Assembly: GCA_963457525.1 (NCBI GenBank)
Contig: OY734805.1
Location: 982,984 to 1,046,983 of the forward strand
DNA from: Parvibaculaceae bacterium
Lineage (GTDB): Bacteria > Pseudomonadota > Alphaproteobacteria > JAPOUT01
Direction of reading: 5' to 3'
Length of the DNA stretch: 64,000 nucleotides
Position numbers and translations under genes: made by a program. The notes beneath the pieces were generated by a model, which was given only the letters and a program-made list of their open reading frames with translations, did no database searches and was not told where the DNA came from. Within the stretch, counting starts at the first letter, position 1, and the number at the start of each line of letters is the position of its first letter. Positions 28,980 to 38,222 of the stretch are shown here, one piece after another.

Positions 28980-29876
28980 ATGGCAAGCCTCAAGGAATTG
29001 CGTAACCGCATCTCCTCGATTCAATCGACCAGAAAAATCACGCGCGCCATGCGCATGGTTGCCGCTTCCAAGCTGCGCACCTCGCAAGAGGCCGCGCAAG
29101 CCGCCCGTCCTTACGCGCAGCGCATGCGGGACCTTCTCGCCAAGCTCAGCACCCACATTGACGGCGGCGGCGCGTTGGCCGAGATGCCCTTGTTCGCCGG
29201 AACGGGCAAGGAAGAGAAGCATCTTTTCATCATTGCGACCGCCGACAGGGGCCTTTGCGGCGGCTTCAACACCTCGATCGTGCGCCTTGCCCGCGAGCGC
29301 ATCCGGCAGGTCGAGAACACCGGCGGGAAAGTCCAGGTCATCTGCGTCGGGCGCAAGGGTTTTGACATCCTCAAGCGCGAGTTCGGAGACCGCATTATCG
29401 AAAACTGGTCGCTCGCCTCGACGCGGCATGTCGAATACAAGCAGGTGCAGCAGATTTCCGCGCGCGTTGAGGAGATGTTCGAAGCCGGAGAGGTTGATGT
29501 CTGCGAACTCTTCTATGCGCATTTCCATTCGGTTTTAAGCCAGAAGCCCACGGCGCACCGTCTCATCCCCATGCGCTTGTCGCCGGAATCGGACGGGGAG
29601 GGCGCGCCGGAGTCGTCGGAGGCATCCGTTGAGTTCGAACCTTGGGAGGAAGAGCTTTTGGAGGCGCTTTTGCCGAAGGCGCTGCGCTCGCAGGTCTTTC
29701 AGGCGCTCCTCGAAAACGCCGCGAGTGAACAAGGCGCGCGCATGAGTGCTATGGACAATGCCACGCGGAACGCCGGCGAAATCGTTGACCGCCTGACCAT
29801 TGTTTACAACCGCACACGGCAAGCGGCCATTACCAAAGAGTTGATCGAGATCATTTCGGGCAGCGAGGCGCTCTAA
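28980..29876 (+). CDS. atpG: ATP synthase F1 gamma subunit
   Basis: MASLKELRNRISSIQSTRKITRAMRMVAASKLR is present. Confidence 0.95.
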   Translation: MASLKELRNRISSIQSTRKITRAMRMVAASKLRTSQEAAQAARPYAQRMRDLLAKLSTHIDGGGALAEMPLFAGTGKEEKHLFIIATADRGLCGGFNTSIVRLARERIRQVENTGGKVQVICVGRKGFDILKREFGDRIIENWSLASTRHVEYKQVQQISARVEEMFEAGEVDVCELFYAHFHSVLSQKPTAHRLIPMRLSPESDGEGAPESSEASVEFEPWEEELLEALLPKALRSQVFQALLENAASEQGARMSAMDNATRNAGEIVDRLTIVYNRTRQAAITKELIEIISGSEAL

Positions 29877-29878
29877 CC

Positions 29879-30544
29879 TTGCGGCAAATGAAGACATCGG
29901 GCGTCGAGGACCCGGAGGCGCAGATGGCACTGGCTTCGTGGCTGTGCAGTTGCATGGGGCACGACCTCGTCAATCCGCTCGCGGCCCTGCGCAACGGGCT
30001 TGAACTCCTTGAAGAAGAAGACGATGCCGAGATGCGCGCCGAAGCGCTGCAGCTGGTGGGCGCTTCGGCGGAACGCGCCCTTTCAAAACTGAATTTTTTC
30101 CGCTTGGCGTTCGGCGCGGGCGCATCGCTTCGAGCAACGACATCGCGCGAAGATGTTCTCGAGGCGACGGAGTGGATGCATGAGGAATCTTTTGATCTTC
30201 ACATCGACTCCTGGCGCGAGGAGATTCCCCGGGACATGTTGAAACTTCTGTTGCAAATGCTTTTGCTTGTGCGCGGATGCATTCCGCGCGGCGGCAGGCT
30301 TTGCGTTGCCGCCCTTGAGTGGGAAAACGGCAAGGGGCTTGTGGTAAGCGCGGAAGGCGCCGGTGCGGCGGCTCCCGAGAACATGGCGGAGCGTTTGAAG
30401 GAACCGTCCGCCCTGCCGGAAGACCTTCGCGGGTCGTTGCCGGCGTTTACGGCCAGGCTGCTCGCATCGAAGGGGATGCGCCTTGACGTGGAGAGCGCCG
30501 CCGACAAGGTGGCGTTGCGCGCGTATAAGGAGTCGGCGGCATGA
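29879..30544 (+). CDS. ChpT-like histidine phosphotransferase (HPT with degenerate HK-like fold)
   Basis: LCSCMGHDLVNPLAALRNGLELLEE...FFRLAFGA matches the ChpT H-box region. It starts 2 bp after the atpG stop. Confidence 0.65.
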   Translation: MRQMKTSGVEDPEAQMALASWLCSCMGHDLVNPLAALRNGLELLEEEDDAEMRAEALQLVGASAERALSKLNFFRLAFGAGASLRATTSREDVLEATEWMHEESFDLHIDSWREEIPRDMLKLLLQMLLLVRGCIPRGGRLCVAALEWENGKGLVVSAEGAGAAAPENMAERLKEPSALPEDLRGSLPAFTARLLASKGMRLDVESAADKVALRAYKESAA

Positions 30545-31239
30545 AAAGATTCCTGTCGGTTGCGTTGCTGTCGGTTGCGTTGTTGGGTTTTTCGGGTGCG
30601 ACGAAACTCTTTGCCGACATGCAGGTCTGGGAGGGCTGGGGAAGTTTCGGGATCTTCGGAGAACCGAAACCGGAGGTTTCCATGTCCGCGTGCGATGCCA
30701 TGGACATCACCGCCGTTAACGCCATTGGATTTATTTACCATCAAGTCTCCGAGCGCGCCCGCAATGCCACGCACATCGGATGGCGGTGGCGCGTTGACGA
30801 GGGCCCCGAGCCGACTTTTCTCGGCAAACGGCGGCAGGACCGTCCGATTTCCATCCATCTTCTCTTCGAGCCGCCCGAACTTGAGGGCGCTTACAGCGAA
30901 TGGCAATTGTGGCTTTCGGGCTTTCCCGAAGAAGCCCATGTACTCACTTATGTGTGGGGGAGTGCGAATGCGCCCGGATCGGTCCTGCTGAATCCGTACC
31001 ACGAACGCGGCAGACTCATCGTCCTGCGAAACGGCCTCGGCAATTACGGCGAGTGGCAGAACGAGCGCATCGATATTCGCGATGATTTCGAAACCCTGTT
31101 CGGCAAACCACTTCAGGAACTCGCATACATCGTTGTCTCGTCCGACACCGATGACAGCGATTCGGTCGCCAAGGTCTTGTTGCGCGAATTCTTTTTTGAA
31201 GACGAGACGGGCGAGCGTTTTTCTCCCTGCGAGGGCTAG
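30541..31239 (+). CDS. Secreted hypothetical protein (signal peptide; possibly DUF3047-like)
   Basis: The signal peptide is MKRFLSVALLSVALLGFSGA. It overlaps the upstream HPT gene by 4 bp. Confidence 0.45.
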   Translation: MKRFLSVALLSVALLGFSGATKLFADMQVWEGWGSFGIFGEPKPEVSMSACDAMDITAVNAIGFIYHQVSERARNATHIGWRWRVDEGPEPTFLGKRRQDRPISIHLLFEPPELEGAYSEWQLWLSGFPEEAHVLTYVWGSANAPGSVLLNPYHERGRLIVLRNGLGNYGEWQNERIDIRDDFETLFGKPLQELAYIVVSSDTDDSDSVAKVLLREFFFEDETGERFSPCEG

Positions 31240-32342
31240 AAGCCGCCGCCTTTATAGAGCCATCCCAACCGGGCATCGCGGAGTTGCTGCGGGGCAAGGC
31301 GTGCGAGGAATGCCGCCGACCGGCTCCAGGCCAGACGTCCCCAAAATCCCCGGCGATGAAAGACACGCCCCTGAAACAAAATCGCGCGGCGAACTTTTTT
31401 CAAGCGTTGGATCCGGTCCGGCGCGTCCAGCCCGCGCAGCCCTTCGCCTTTTTCCAAACTTTGCGCCAGGGCAAAGGCATCCTCAATGGCCATGCCCGCG
31501 CCTTGTGCAAGAAAGGGAAGCATCGGATGTGCGGCATCCCCCAGCAATCCGACCCGCCCGCGCGAGAATCGCTCCAAGATTTCGCTTTCAAACAATGTGT
31601 ATTTTTTCCAGGAAAGTTCCGGCAATCCTTTCAACCAGGTTTCAACGGGCGGGCGCTCATCTTCTTGCGCGAGCGCAACGAGATTGATGCGTTCTTTTCC
31701 GCGCATCGTATCGGGGAGCCGATAGGCAACCAGATGGCATCCCTTCGAACACCAGGCGCGGACATTGTTGTCCGGGACGACGGCGCCGTCGTCTGTCTGC
31801 GCGCGCCATGCGACATGCCCGCCGGGCAGGGGCGTCGTCTGTCGGGGAAACAGTTGTTTTCGAATGATTGAACCGACGCCGTCGGCGCCAAGGAGATAAT
31901 CGCCTTCGACGGTGCTGCCGTCGGTGCAATGGACGACAACGCCTTCATTTTGTTCTTCAAAGCCGGCGGCTTGTTTATGAAGCGGGGGATGTTTTAATTG
32001 CTGCCGCAGAATGTCGAGCAGATCGCCCCGGTGCAGGACAAGATAGGGCGCGCCGTAGAGTTTCTCGAGTGATTCTCCCAGGGGGATTCGATATGCCAAA
32101 GCGCCGGAGGCGGCATCGAGAATCTCGATTGCTTCGGGCTCAAAGGCGGCCGCACGCAAACGCGGTTCAACGCCGAGCGCTCGAAGGTGCCGGGTCGCAT
32201 TGGGAGCAAGCTGGATTCCGGCGCCCGCATCCTCGTCCGCATCGCGTTGCTCGAGCAAGACGCTCTCGATGCCTTTTGTCTGCAACGCCAGCGCCGCACA
32301 TAAGCCCGCAACACCGCCGCCACAGATGACAATCCTGCCCAC
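31236..32342 (-). CDS. FAD-dependent aromatic-ring monooxygenase (UbiH/salicylate-hydroxylase-like)
   Basis: The motifs are GRIVICGGGVAGLCAALAL, DG..S..R and GDAAH. Confidence 0.8.
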   Translation of the reverse strand: MGRIVICGGGVAGLCAALALQTKGIESVLLEQRDADEDAGAGIQLAPNATRHLRALGVEPRLRAAAFEPEAIEILDAASGALAYRIPLGESLEKLYGAPYLVLHRGDLLDILRQQLKHPPLHKQAAGFEEQNEGVVVHCTDGSTVEGDYLLGADGVGSIIRKQLFPRQTTPLPGGHVAWRAQTDDGAVVPDNNVRAWCSKGCHLVAYRLPDTMRGKERINLVALAQEDERPPVETWLKGLPELSWKKYTLFESEILERFSRGRVGLLGDAAHPMLPFLAQGAGMAIEDAFALAQSLEKGEGLRGLDAPDRIQRLKKVRRAILFQGRVFHRRGFWGRLAWSRSAAFLARLAPQQLRDARLGWLYKGGGF

Positions 32343-32351
32343 GAGCGCGTC

Positions 32352-33203
32352 TTAGATGGAGTAGTCCGGTTCTTGCGGGAACATGTGGTCCATTTCCAGT
32401 GCGGGCTCTTCGGATTGGTCGGGACAGTGAATGAGCCGCGCGGGAACGCCGACGGCGGTGCAATAGGGCGGGACGCTGCGCAGCACTATTGAGCCCGCGC
32501 CGATGCGCGCGCACTCGCCGATTTCGATGTTGCCCAATACCGTTGCGCCCGCCGAGAGCAGAACACCCCGACGAACTTTCGGATGGCGGTCGCCGCACTC
32601 CTTGCCGGTGCCGCCAAGTGTCACGCCGTGCAGCATGGAGACATTGTCCTCAACAACGGCGGTTTCGCCGATGACGACGCCGGTGGCGTGGTCAATCATG
32701 ATGCCCTTGCCTATCCGTGCGCCCGGATGGATGTCGACGCCGAAGCGCTCGGAGGAGCGGCTTTGCAAATGCAGCGCCAGCGTGCGTCGTTGTGACAGCC
32801 ATAGTTGCCGGGTGATTCGGTAGGCCTGCAGCGCGTGGAAGCCTTTGTAATAGAGGAAGGGCGTGAGTCGTTCGGTGCAAGCCGGATCGCGGTCAAGGAC
32901 GGCGTCCATGTCCCCGAGGCAGGCGTCCAGAATGCTTGCGTCGGTTTCGAGGGAGCCGGCGAGGTCGGCCCGTAACGTGTCTGCATCAAGGATGTCGTCG
33001 GCAAGTTTTCCGGCAAGGAGGTATCCGAGGGCGTCGGCGAAATTTTCGCGCTCGAGAATGGAGTCGCTCAAAAACTTTTTCAACTCCTTCTCGCGGTCGA
33101 TAATCTCGCGGGCTGCGTCTTGGAGCTCGCGCCAAAGCGAGTCCGCCGCTGCGGCCGGCGCGTGTGCGTTCTGCTTGCTCTGTTCGGGTATGGAAAGGGA
33201 CAT
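32352..33203 (-). CDS. cysE: Serine O-acetyltransferase
   Basis: The SATase N-domain and the hexapeptide repeat region GARIGKGIMIDHATGVVIGETAVVEDNVSMLHGVTLGG are present. Confidence 0.85.
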   Translation of the reverse strand: MSLSIPEQSKQNAHAPAAAADSLWRELQDAAREIIDREKELKKFLSDSILERENFADALGYLLAGKLADDILDADTLRADLAGSLETDASILDACLGDMDAVLDRDPACTERLTPFLYYKGFHALQAYRITRQLWLSQRRTLALHLQSRSSERFGVDIHPGARIGKGIMIDHATGVVIGETAVVEDNVSMLHGVTLGGTGKECGDRHPKVRRGVLLSAGATVLGNIEIGECARIGAGSIVLRSVPPYCTAVGVPARLIHCPDQSEEPALEMDHMFPQEPDYSI

Positions 33204-33430
33204 GCGCTTACCTCGTTCACCCCCTCTGTCGTTTTATACGTCTATCATAGACCAGAATGGCTTCGAAGGGAAATTGTTTTCGAGGAGGGAAAAATATCCG
33301 CGCTGTGAAAACCTCTTATGCTCCGAAATTTGATATGTAAGGCGAGGCATTCGGGCCTCTGTTCACAAAATGTAGAATCTGCCATTTTTGGATTCGCCAT
33401 CTTAGGTTGCGAAAGAGTGTTTGGTGTTTG

Positions 33431-33742
33431 TTATTGTTTTTCTTTTTCATCTCTTCCAAAAGCAACAGTAATACGCTGAAACACTCTCATTACAGGAGAA
33501 AAGAAAACAACGAAAAAAAGTATCTGAAGAATCCCTATTACCAAAGGGGCGCCCAAATTTGTTGCATCCGGTAAATATACAATGTCAATGCCAATGACAA
33601 TTGGGAGTAAAAATACAAGAGCTACATTGTAAAATTCTTCTTCCCATCTCTCATTATCGTTAGATTTTTCACTAATAGCCTTGTCTTCTTTACCCGGTTT
33701 TTCTGAATCGAGGTCGCTCAATATTCCATCGGTGTTAGCCAT
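33431..33742 (-). CDS. Small 2-TM membrane protein (candidate toxin partner of the Panacea protein)
   Basis: The 103-aa product has an acidic N-terminus and two hydrophobic helices, VALVFLLPIVIGIDIVYL and LVIGILQILFFVVFFSPVM. It overlaps the Panacea gene by 8 bp and lies in AT-rich DNA. Confidence 0.5.
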   Translation of the reverse strand: MANTDGILSDLDSEKPGKEDKAISEKSNDNERWEEEFYNVALVFLLPIVIGIDIVYLPDATNLGAPLVIGILQILFFVVFFSPVMRVFQRITVAFGRDEKEKQ

Positions 33743-34190
33743 TGTGTTTCCGCCTTTTCATTCGATTTTCATATTCTTTCTTAATCAGGTCACGAGGTAT
33801 TGCAATTCCGCGTTTCCTTTTTTCGTACACCTCGTGCCAAGCACCTTTTTCCCAGTGAGTGAATGACACGAGTGCCGCATCTGTTATTCCTTCGGCCGCA
33901 TCAATGGTTTCTTTCAAAATTTCAAATTCGTCTCCCTTGGTTACGCCACCATTTTTAGGAAATATATGACCGATAGAACTGGCGCCGTAAACTTTGCAGT
34001 AATGATATAACTCCGGTTCTACAGGTCCATGCTGCCACGCTTCAAAATTTTCCCTTATGAGATCTTTATCCGTCCTGCCCAGATAATACATGTGCGCGAT
34101 ATACAAGAGTTTTTGCAGCCTCAGGTTGGTTATTTTCCAGCCCGACAAATTGCAAAGTGTCTTGCCTGCGTCGATAGATGAAATTGTCAT
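33735..34190 (-). CDS. Panacea-domain (DUF4065, SocA-like) protein
   Basis: LRLQKLLYIAHMYYLGRTDKDLIRENFEAWQHGPVEPELYHY closely matches the Panacea/SocA core. The later motif ...FTHWEKGAWHEVY is also present. Confidence 0.75.
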   Translation of the reverse strand: MTISSIDAGKTLCNLSGWKITNLRLQKLLYIAHMYYLGRTDKDLIRENFEAWQHGPVEPELYHYCKVYGASSIGHIFPKNGGVTKGDEFEILKETIDAAEGITDAALVSFTHWEKGAWHEVYEKRKRGIAIPRDLIKKEYENRMKRRKHNG

Positions 34191-34234
34191 GTCGTTTCCT
34201 TTTTACAGATTCTACAGTGATTCGATGCAGGATG

Positions 34235-35164
34235 TCATTGTATCAGGCGGGTGAATCCATTCGCCGAATGGAGAGCGCATCGTGTGTTCCTTTTGTAGTG
34301 GTGACCATCCAAAAGGCTGCCGTATCGGCGAATATTCTCGCTTAGTTCTTCTTTCTCTCCATAGTCGTTGATTGCGAGGTGAATATCTCCATCGCGCAAC
34401 TCCCGCATCGGGATGCTATACCCGTGAGAATGCCATCTCGATATGCTTCCCAAGATTTCGGCGATGCTTTCGGCTCTTTCTTGTTTCATTTCCAGGGTTA
34501 CATCTTTCTTTTTGGTTTCCGTCTTTGCCCAATTTTTAAATTTATATTCGACCAGCCACTTTTTTATCAGTTCTTTTGAGCGTTCCATTGCTTGTTTAAC
34601 AGCAAACATATCTGCGGGGTCAAAGTTTTTAATCAAGAATAAAAGCTCCGCATCGCTCAAATCCCTTTCCTTGCTTTCCTTGATTAATTCGTCGTACTGA
34701 CGAAGATATCCTGCTCCGCGGATCCATTGTCCCTCGTCGTTTCTAAAGTACGGGTCTATCGGCCCCAATACGGAGTGATAATCCATGTATATGTTGTCGC
34801 CTGAAAGAACCAGCACCGTGCCGGCGGAATAAGCGTGGTTTGGAACGATGAAATCGACAATTTCAAAGTTATGCCGAAATACACGGCAGATGCGCTCTGC
34901 AACTTCTACGAATCCTCCGGGTGTTGCAATCATCACGACGAGGCGTTTGCTTAGCTCCCCCTTTTGTTTTTTCAAGAATTCAATATCGCGGCGAATCATG
35001 TCATCCAACCCTTGGTCAATGTGTCCGCAGATGGATATGACCTCTCCTTCGAGAATGTTTTCTATTTTTTCCCGAAATTGCGACAACGAAAATTCAATGA
35101 ATTGATGGACTTTTATGGTGTTTTGCATGGTTTTCTCCTTCCTGGAACGCGAGCGTATGGGCAT
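34235..35164 (-). CDS. SDH-family serine protease (PF01972 serine-dehydrogenase proteinase; ClpP/S49 fold)
   Basis: VVMIATPGGFVEVAERICRVFRHNFEIVDFIVPNHAYSAGTVLVLSGDNIYMDYHSVLGPIDP carries the nucleophile in the A-Y-S-A-G context. An alternative start is ATG 35128. Confidence 0.7.
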   Translation of the reverse strand: MPIRSRSRKEKTMQNTIKVHQFIEFSLSQFREKIENILEGEVISICGHIDQGLDDMIRRDIEFLKKQKGELSKRLVVMIATPGGFVEVAERICRVFRHNFEIVDFIVPNHAYSAGTVLVLSGDNIYMDYHSVLGPIDPYFRNDEGQWIRGAGYLRQYDELIKESKERDLSDAELLFLIKNFDPADMFAVKQAMERSKELIKKWLVEYKFKNWAKTETKKKDVTLEMKQERAESIAEILGSISRWHSHGYSIPMRELRDGDIHLAINDYGEKEELSENIRRYGSLLDGHHYKRNTRCALHSANGFTRLIQ

Positions 35165-35484
35165 CCCTACCCGAGATTAAGCAAGTATATTTATTTGCAG
35201 GGAGCGCCTCCGCCGACTCAAAAAGACACAACGTCTTTGCGCGGCGGTTCTTGGCAATTTATTCGCAGTGTGAAGTTCTAATCTTCTTCTGATTCTCCGA
35301 ATTTGAAGGAAACCCTACCTCGAAAAGATTCAAAAGTCAAGATCTTTTTTTTTGGTTGATGGCGCTTGGCAGAATTTCTACGGCTTGTTGATGCGAATTG
35401 GCTTGATTGGCGCCGTTTCCATTTTTTGCAGATATTCGGGGAAGATGATATAATGCATGTAATTGAAATAAAATCCATGGTAGA

Positions 35485-36489
35485 GTGATTCCTATGAATA
35501 CAATACGAATGGTTGTAGCGACCCTGCCGATGGCGTTTCTAACCGCATGCGGCGGCGGAGGCGGCGGAGGGGGTGCGGCATCGGCTCCTGCTCCTGCTCC
35601 TACTCCTACAATAGACGATGATAGCGTTCCCCCAGACTGGAGCTTGCTGACCGAGTTTGCAGAGCACGCGGATTCTCCAGTCCTGGAAGCCGTTAGAGGG
35701 ATCACAAGAGCGATGGGCGCGGATTTATTTTTAAGTCCGTTTGCGGAAGCGGGAAATTTAAACGAGACAAACCATACGAAGAATCTTGGAGTTTACTTTA
35801 CTACGTTGCCAGGTGGCGGTAATAGTCTGGTATTTAACATAGGTGTTTACGATGATATTTCCCTGGTGGAAGCCAATAATTTTTGGGCTACTAGAGATTA
35901 TACCTCCGTGACTACAACCGGTGTAGTCGTTGGTGATGTTACTCTTGCACGAAACAGATTAACCGGAACAAGATACCAAGGCATGTCTCGCATGGCAATC
36001 CAAACCTTTTCAGGGTGGTTGGACGGCAGTGTTTTTGGAACTTCGCGAATAGCGTTTGCGTATAGAACACCTGCTGAAGACTACAGGTTTGTTTCTCATA
36101 CTTCCGGTGTGCCCAGCAATTCTAGGCCAAGCGCAACGGGAACGGAAACTTCGGCAACATGGGAAGGTGTCACTGTCGCCTCAATAAAAGCCGATAGGGA
36201 ATTCATTCGAGGTGATGCAACTATTACTATCTCGGACCTTACAAATGCAGATGTCAATTTGAGGTTTGATAATTGGCATGATTTGGATAACGAAGAGTTA
36301 TCAACTATGCCGGCAATCACTTATGACAATTTGACGCTTACCAACGGGAGTTTTGGAGGATCCTCTCCCGACCAGGTCTTCGGACACTTTTATGGAACAG
36401 ACCATAACGAGGTCGGTGGATACTTCAACACTATGGATGTTACGGGAGCTTTTGGCGGGACGAGGCAACCGGCGGAATCATCCGAATAA
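35485..36489 (+). CDS. Surface lipoprotein with TbpB-C-lobe-like (PF01298-type) β-barrel domain
   Basis: The lipobox is AFLTAC, followed by a Gly/Pro-Ala linker. The C-terminal motif GHFYGTDHNEVGGYFNTMDVTGAFGGTRQ resembles the G.FYG...E.GG.F....GAFG.KRQ signature of TbpB, fHbp and HpuA. GC content is ~47%. Confidence 0.55.
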   Translation: MIPMNTIRMVVATLPMAFLTACGGGGGGGGAASAPAPAPTPTIDDDSVPPDWSLLTEFAEHADSPVLEAVRGITRAMGADLFLSPFAEAGNLNETNHTKNLGVYFTTLPGGGNSLVFNIGVYDDISLVEANNFWATRDYTSVTTTGVVVGDVTLARNRLTGTRYQGMSRMAIQTFSGWLDGSVFGTSRIAFAYRTPAEDYRFVSHTSGVPSNSRPSATGTETSATWEGVTVASIKADREFIRGDATITISDLTNADVNLRFDNWHDLDNEELSTMPAITYDNLTLTNGSFGGSSPDQVFGHFYGTDHNEVGGYFNTMDVTGAFGGTRQPAESSE

Positions 36490-36524
36490 AACCGTTAAAA
36501 ATTTTTTCGATGTGCGGTTTTGCC

Positions 36525-37742
36525 TTAATCCAGTAAAAGCGCATCTATGCTCTCGCCTTTGTCGCGGGCTTTGTCAAACGGGGGACGGACGGCAAACGCA
36601 TCGGCATGCGCGAGCATCGACAGGCGCGCGCTGTCCTGGCTTTCGAATGGCGTAATAAAATAAGCCTGTTCGTCGGCATCCCATATAAGTTTTGCGCGCA
36701 TATATTCCTGTCGCTCGTTGTTGGCGGGGAGCGAACGAGTCAAACGCGCGCAAACGCGGGAAAGTCCGTTCACGGTTGCGCCTTGCATTTTCGCAAGCGC
36801 CGGCCGTAAAAATATCTCGGCGCACACCATCGTCGATACCGGATTGCCGGGCATTCCAAGCGCACGTGTTTTCTCCCGCATTGCAAACAACAAGGGCTTT
36901 CCCGGGCGCACGGCAACGCCGTGAAAGCAAATGTCAAAGCCGCTTGCCTCAAGGGCGGAGCGGGTGAGATCGTGCTCGCCGACGGAGGCGCCTCCCATGG
37001 TCACGAGGAAGTCACAGTCTTTCGCCTTATCGATGGCTTTGCCGATGGCATTGACGTCGTCGGGCGCGATGCCGATATCGAGCGCATCGCAGTCGAGTTT
37101 TTCGAGGAATGCAACCATCCCGATGCTGTTAGAAGAGGGCAGTTTGTTTTTGTTGTTTTCTTCAACGGCCGCAAGCTCGTTGCCGAGCGCGAGCACCGCG
37201 ACCCGGGGTTTGCGGCGCACATCCACATCCACATGTCCCATTGCCGCAAGAAGAGCGAGATCGCGTTCGCGCAGACGATGTCCGGCGTTGAGGAGTTCGT
37301 CGCCTTCGGCGAAGTCGCTGCCCTTACGGCGGACATAACGGCCGGTTTGCGCGGCTTGTGAAAAAGTGACGCGCTTGCCGTCCTGTCGCGCGTTTTCCTG
37401 GATGAGTATGGCATCGGCGCCGCGGGGTAGCCGCGCACCGGTAAAGATGCGCATGGTTTCGCCCGCCTGAATGGCCGCATCGGTTTGTTCGTCTCCGGCT
37501 GCAATCGATCCGGCAAGCGAAAGACTCGCGCCCGTTTGCGCGACATCTTCGCTGCGAACGGCGTAGCCGTCCATAGCGGAAACATCAAAGGCGGGGTGGC
37601 TTCGATGCGCGCATGCGTTCTCGCACAAGACTCTCCCGCGCGCCCGCACAAGCGAGACGCTCTCCGGGGGCAATGGCTCGATGCTCTCCAGCATCTGCTC
37701 GAGAGCGGCGTCCACCGACAACAACTTGCGTGCCTGTGTCAT
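36525..37742 (-). CDS. moeA: Molybdopterin molybdotransferase MoeA
   Basis: MoeA N, MoCF-binding (MGGASVGEHD-like) and C-terminal domains are present in a 405-aa product. Confidence 0.9.
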   Translation of the reverse strand: MTQARKLLSVDAALEQMLESIEPLPPESVSLVRARGRVLCENACAHRSHPAFDVSAMDGYAVRSEDVAQTGASLSLAGSIAAGDEQTDAAIQAGETMRIFTGARLPRGADAILIQENARQDGKRVTFSQAAQTGRYVRRKGSDFAEGDELLNAGHRLRERDLALLAAMGHVDVDVRRKPRVAVLALGNELAAVEENNKNKLPSSNSIGMVAFLEKLDCDALDIGIAPDDVNAIGKAIDKAKDCDFLVTMGGASVGEHDLTRSALEASGFDICFHGVAVRPGKPLLFAMREKTRALGMPGNPVSTMVCAEIFLRPALAKMQGATVNGLSRVCARLTRSLPANNERQEYMRAKLIWDADEQAYFITPFESQDSARLSMLAHADAFAVRPPFDKARDKGESIDALLLD

Positions 37743-37745
37743 TAA

Positions 37746-38222
37746 TTAAGGAGCGCTCCATTCACCGCTTTTACCGCCGGATTTTTTCAACAAGCGGATG
37801 TCACCGATGTGCATGGCGCGGTCAACGGCTTTCGCCATGTCGTAGACGGTCAGGCATGCGACTGTGACCGCATGCAGCGCTTCCATCTCCACGCCCGTGG
37901 GCCCCTTGGAGCGAACGGTCGCGGTTACCTCGATGGCGGGGACATCCTTCTCGCAAGCGGCGAGTTGGAGTTCGACGGATGTCAGCGTGAGCGGATGGCA
38001 TAGGGGTATCGCATCGCTCGTGCGCTTGGCCGCAAGGATGCCGGCAAGCCGCGCGGTCGCAAGAACGTCTCCCTTGGCGATGCCGCCGCCCTGAATCTGC
38101 TCGAGAGTTTCGCGCTTCATGGTGATGCGTCCTTGGGCAACGGCAGTGCGATGGGTGTCGTCTTTGTCGGAGACATCAACCATGCGCGCGGCGCCGTGTT
38201 CATCGAGGTGGGAGAGTTTCAT
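37746..38222 (-). CDS. moaC: Cyclic pyranopterin monophosphate synthase MoaC
   Basis: [16 protein letters not shown]...[14 protein letters not shown] is present. Confidence 0.9.
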   Translation of the reverse strand: MKLSHLDEHGAARMVDVSDKDDTHRTAVAQGRITMKRETLEQIQGGGIAKGDVLATARLAGILAAKRTSDAIPLCHPLTLTSVELQLAACEKDVPAIEVTATVRSKGPTGVEMEALHAVTVACLTVYDMAKAVDRAMHIGDIRLLKKSGGKSGEWSAP

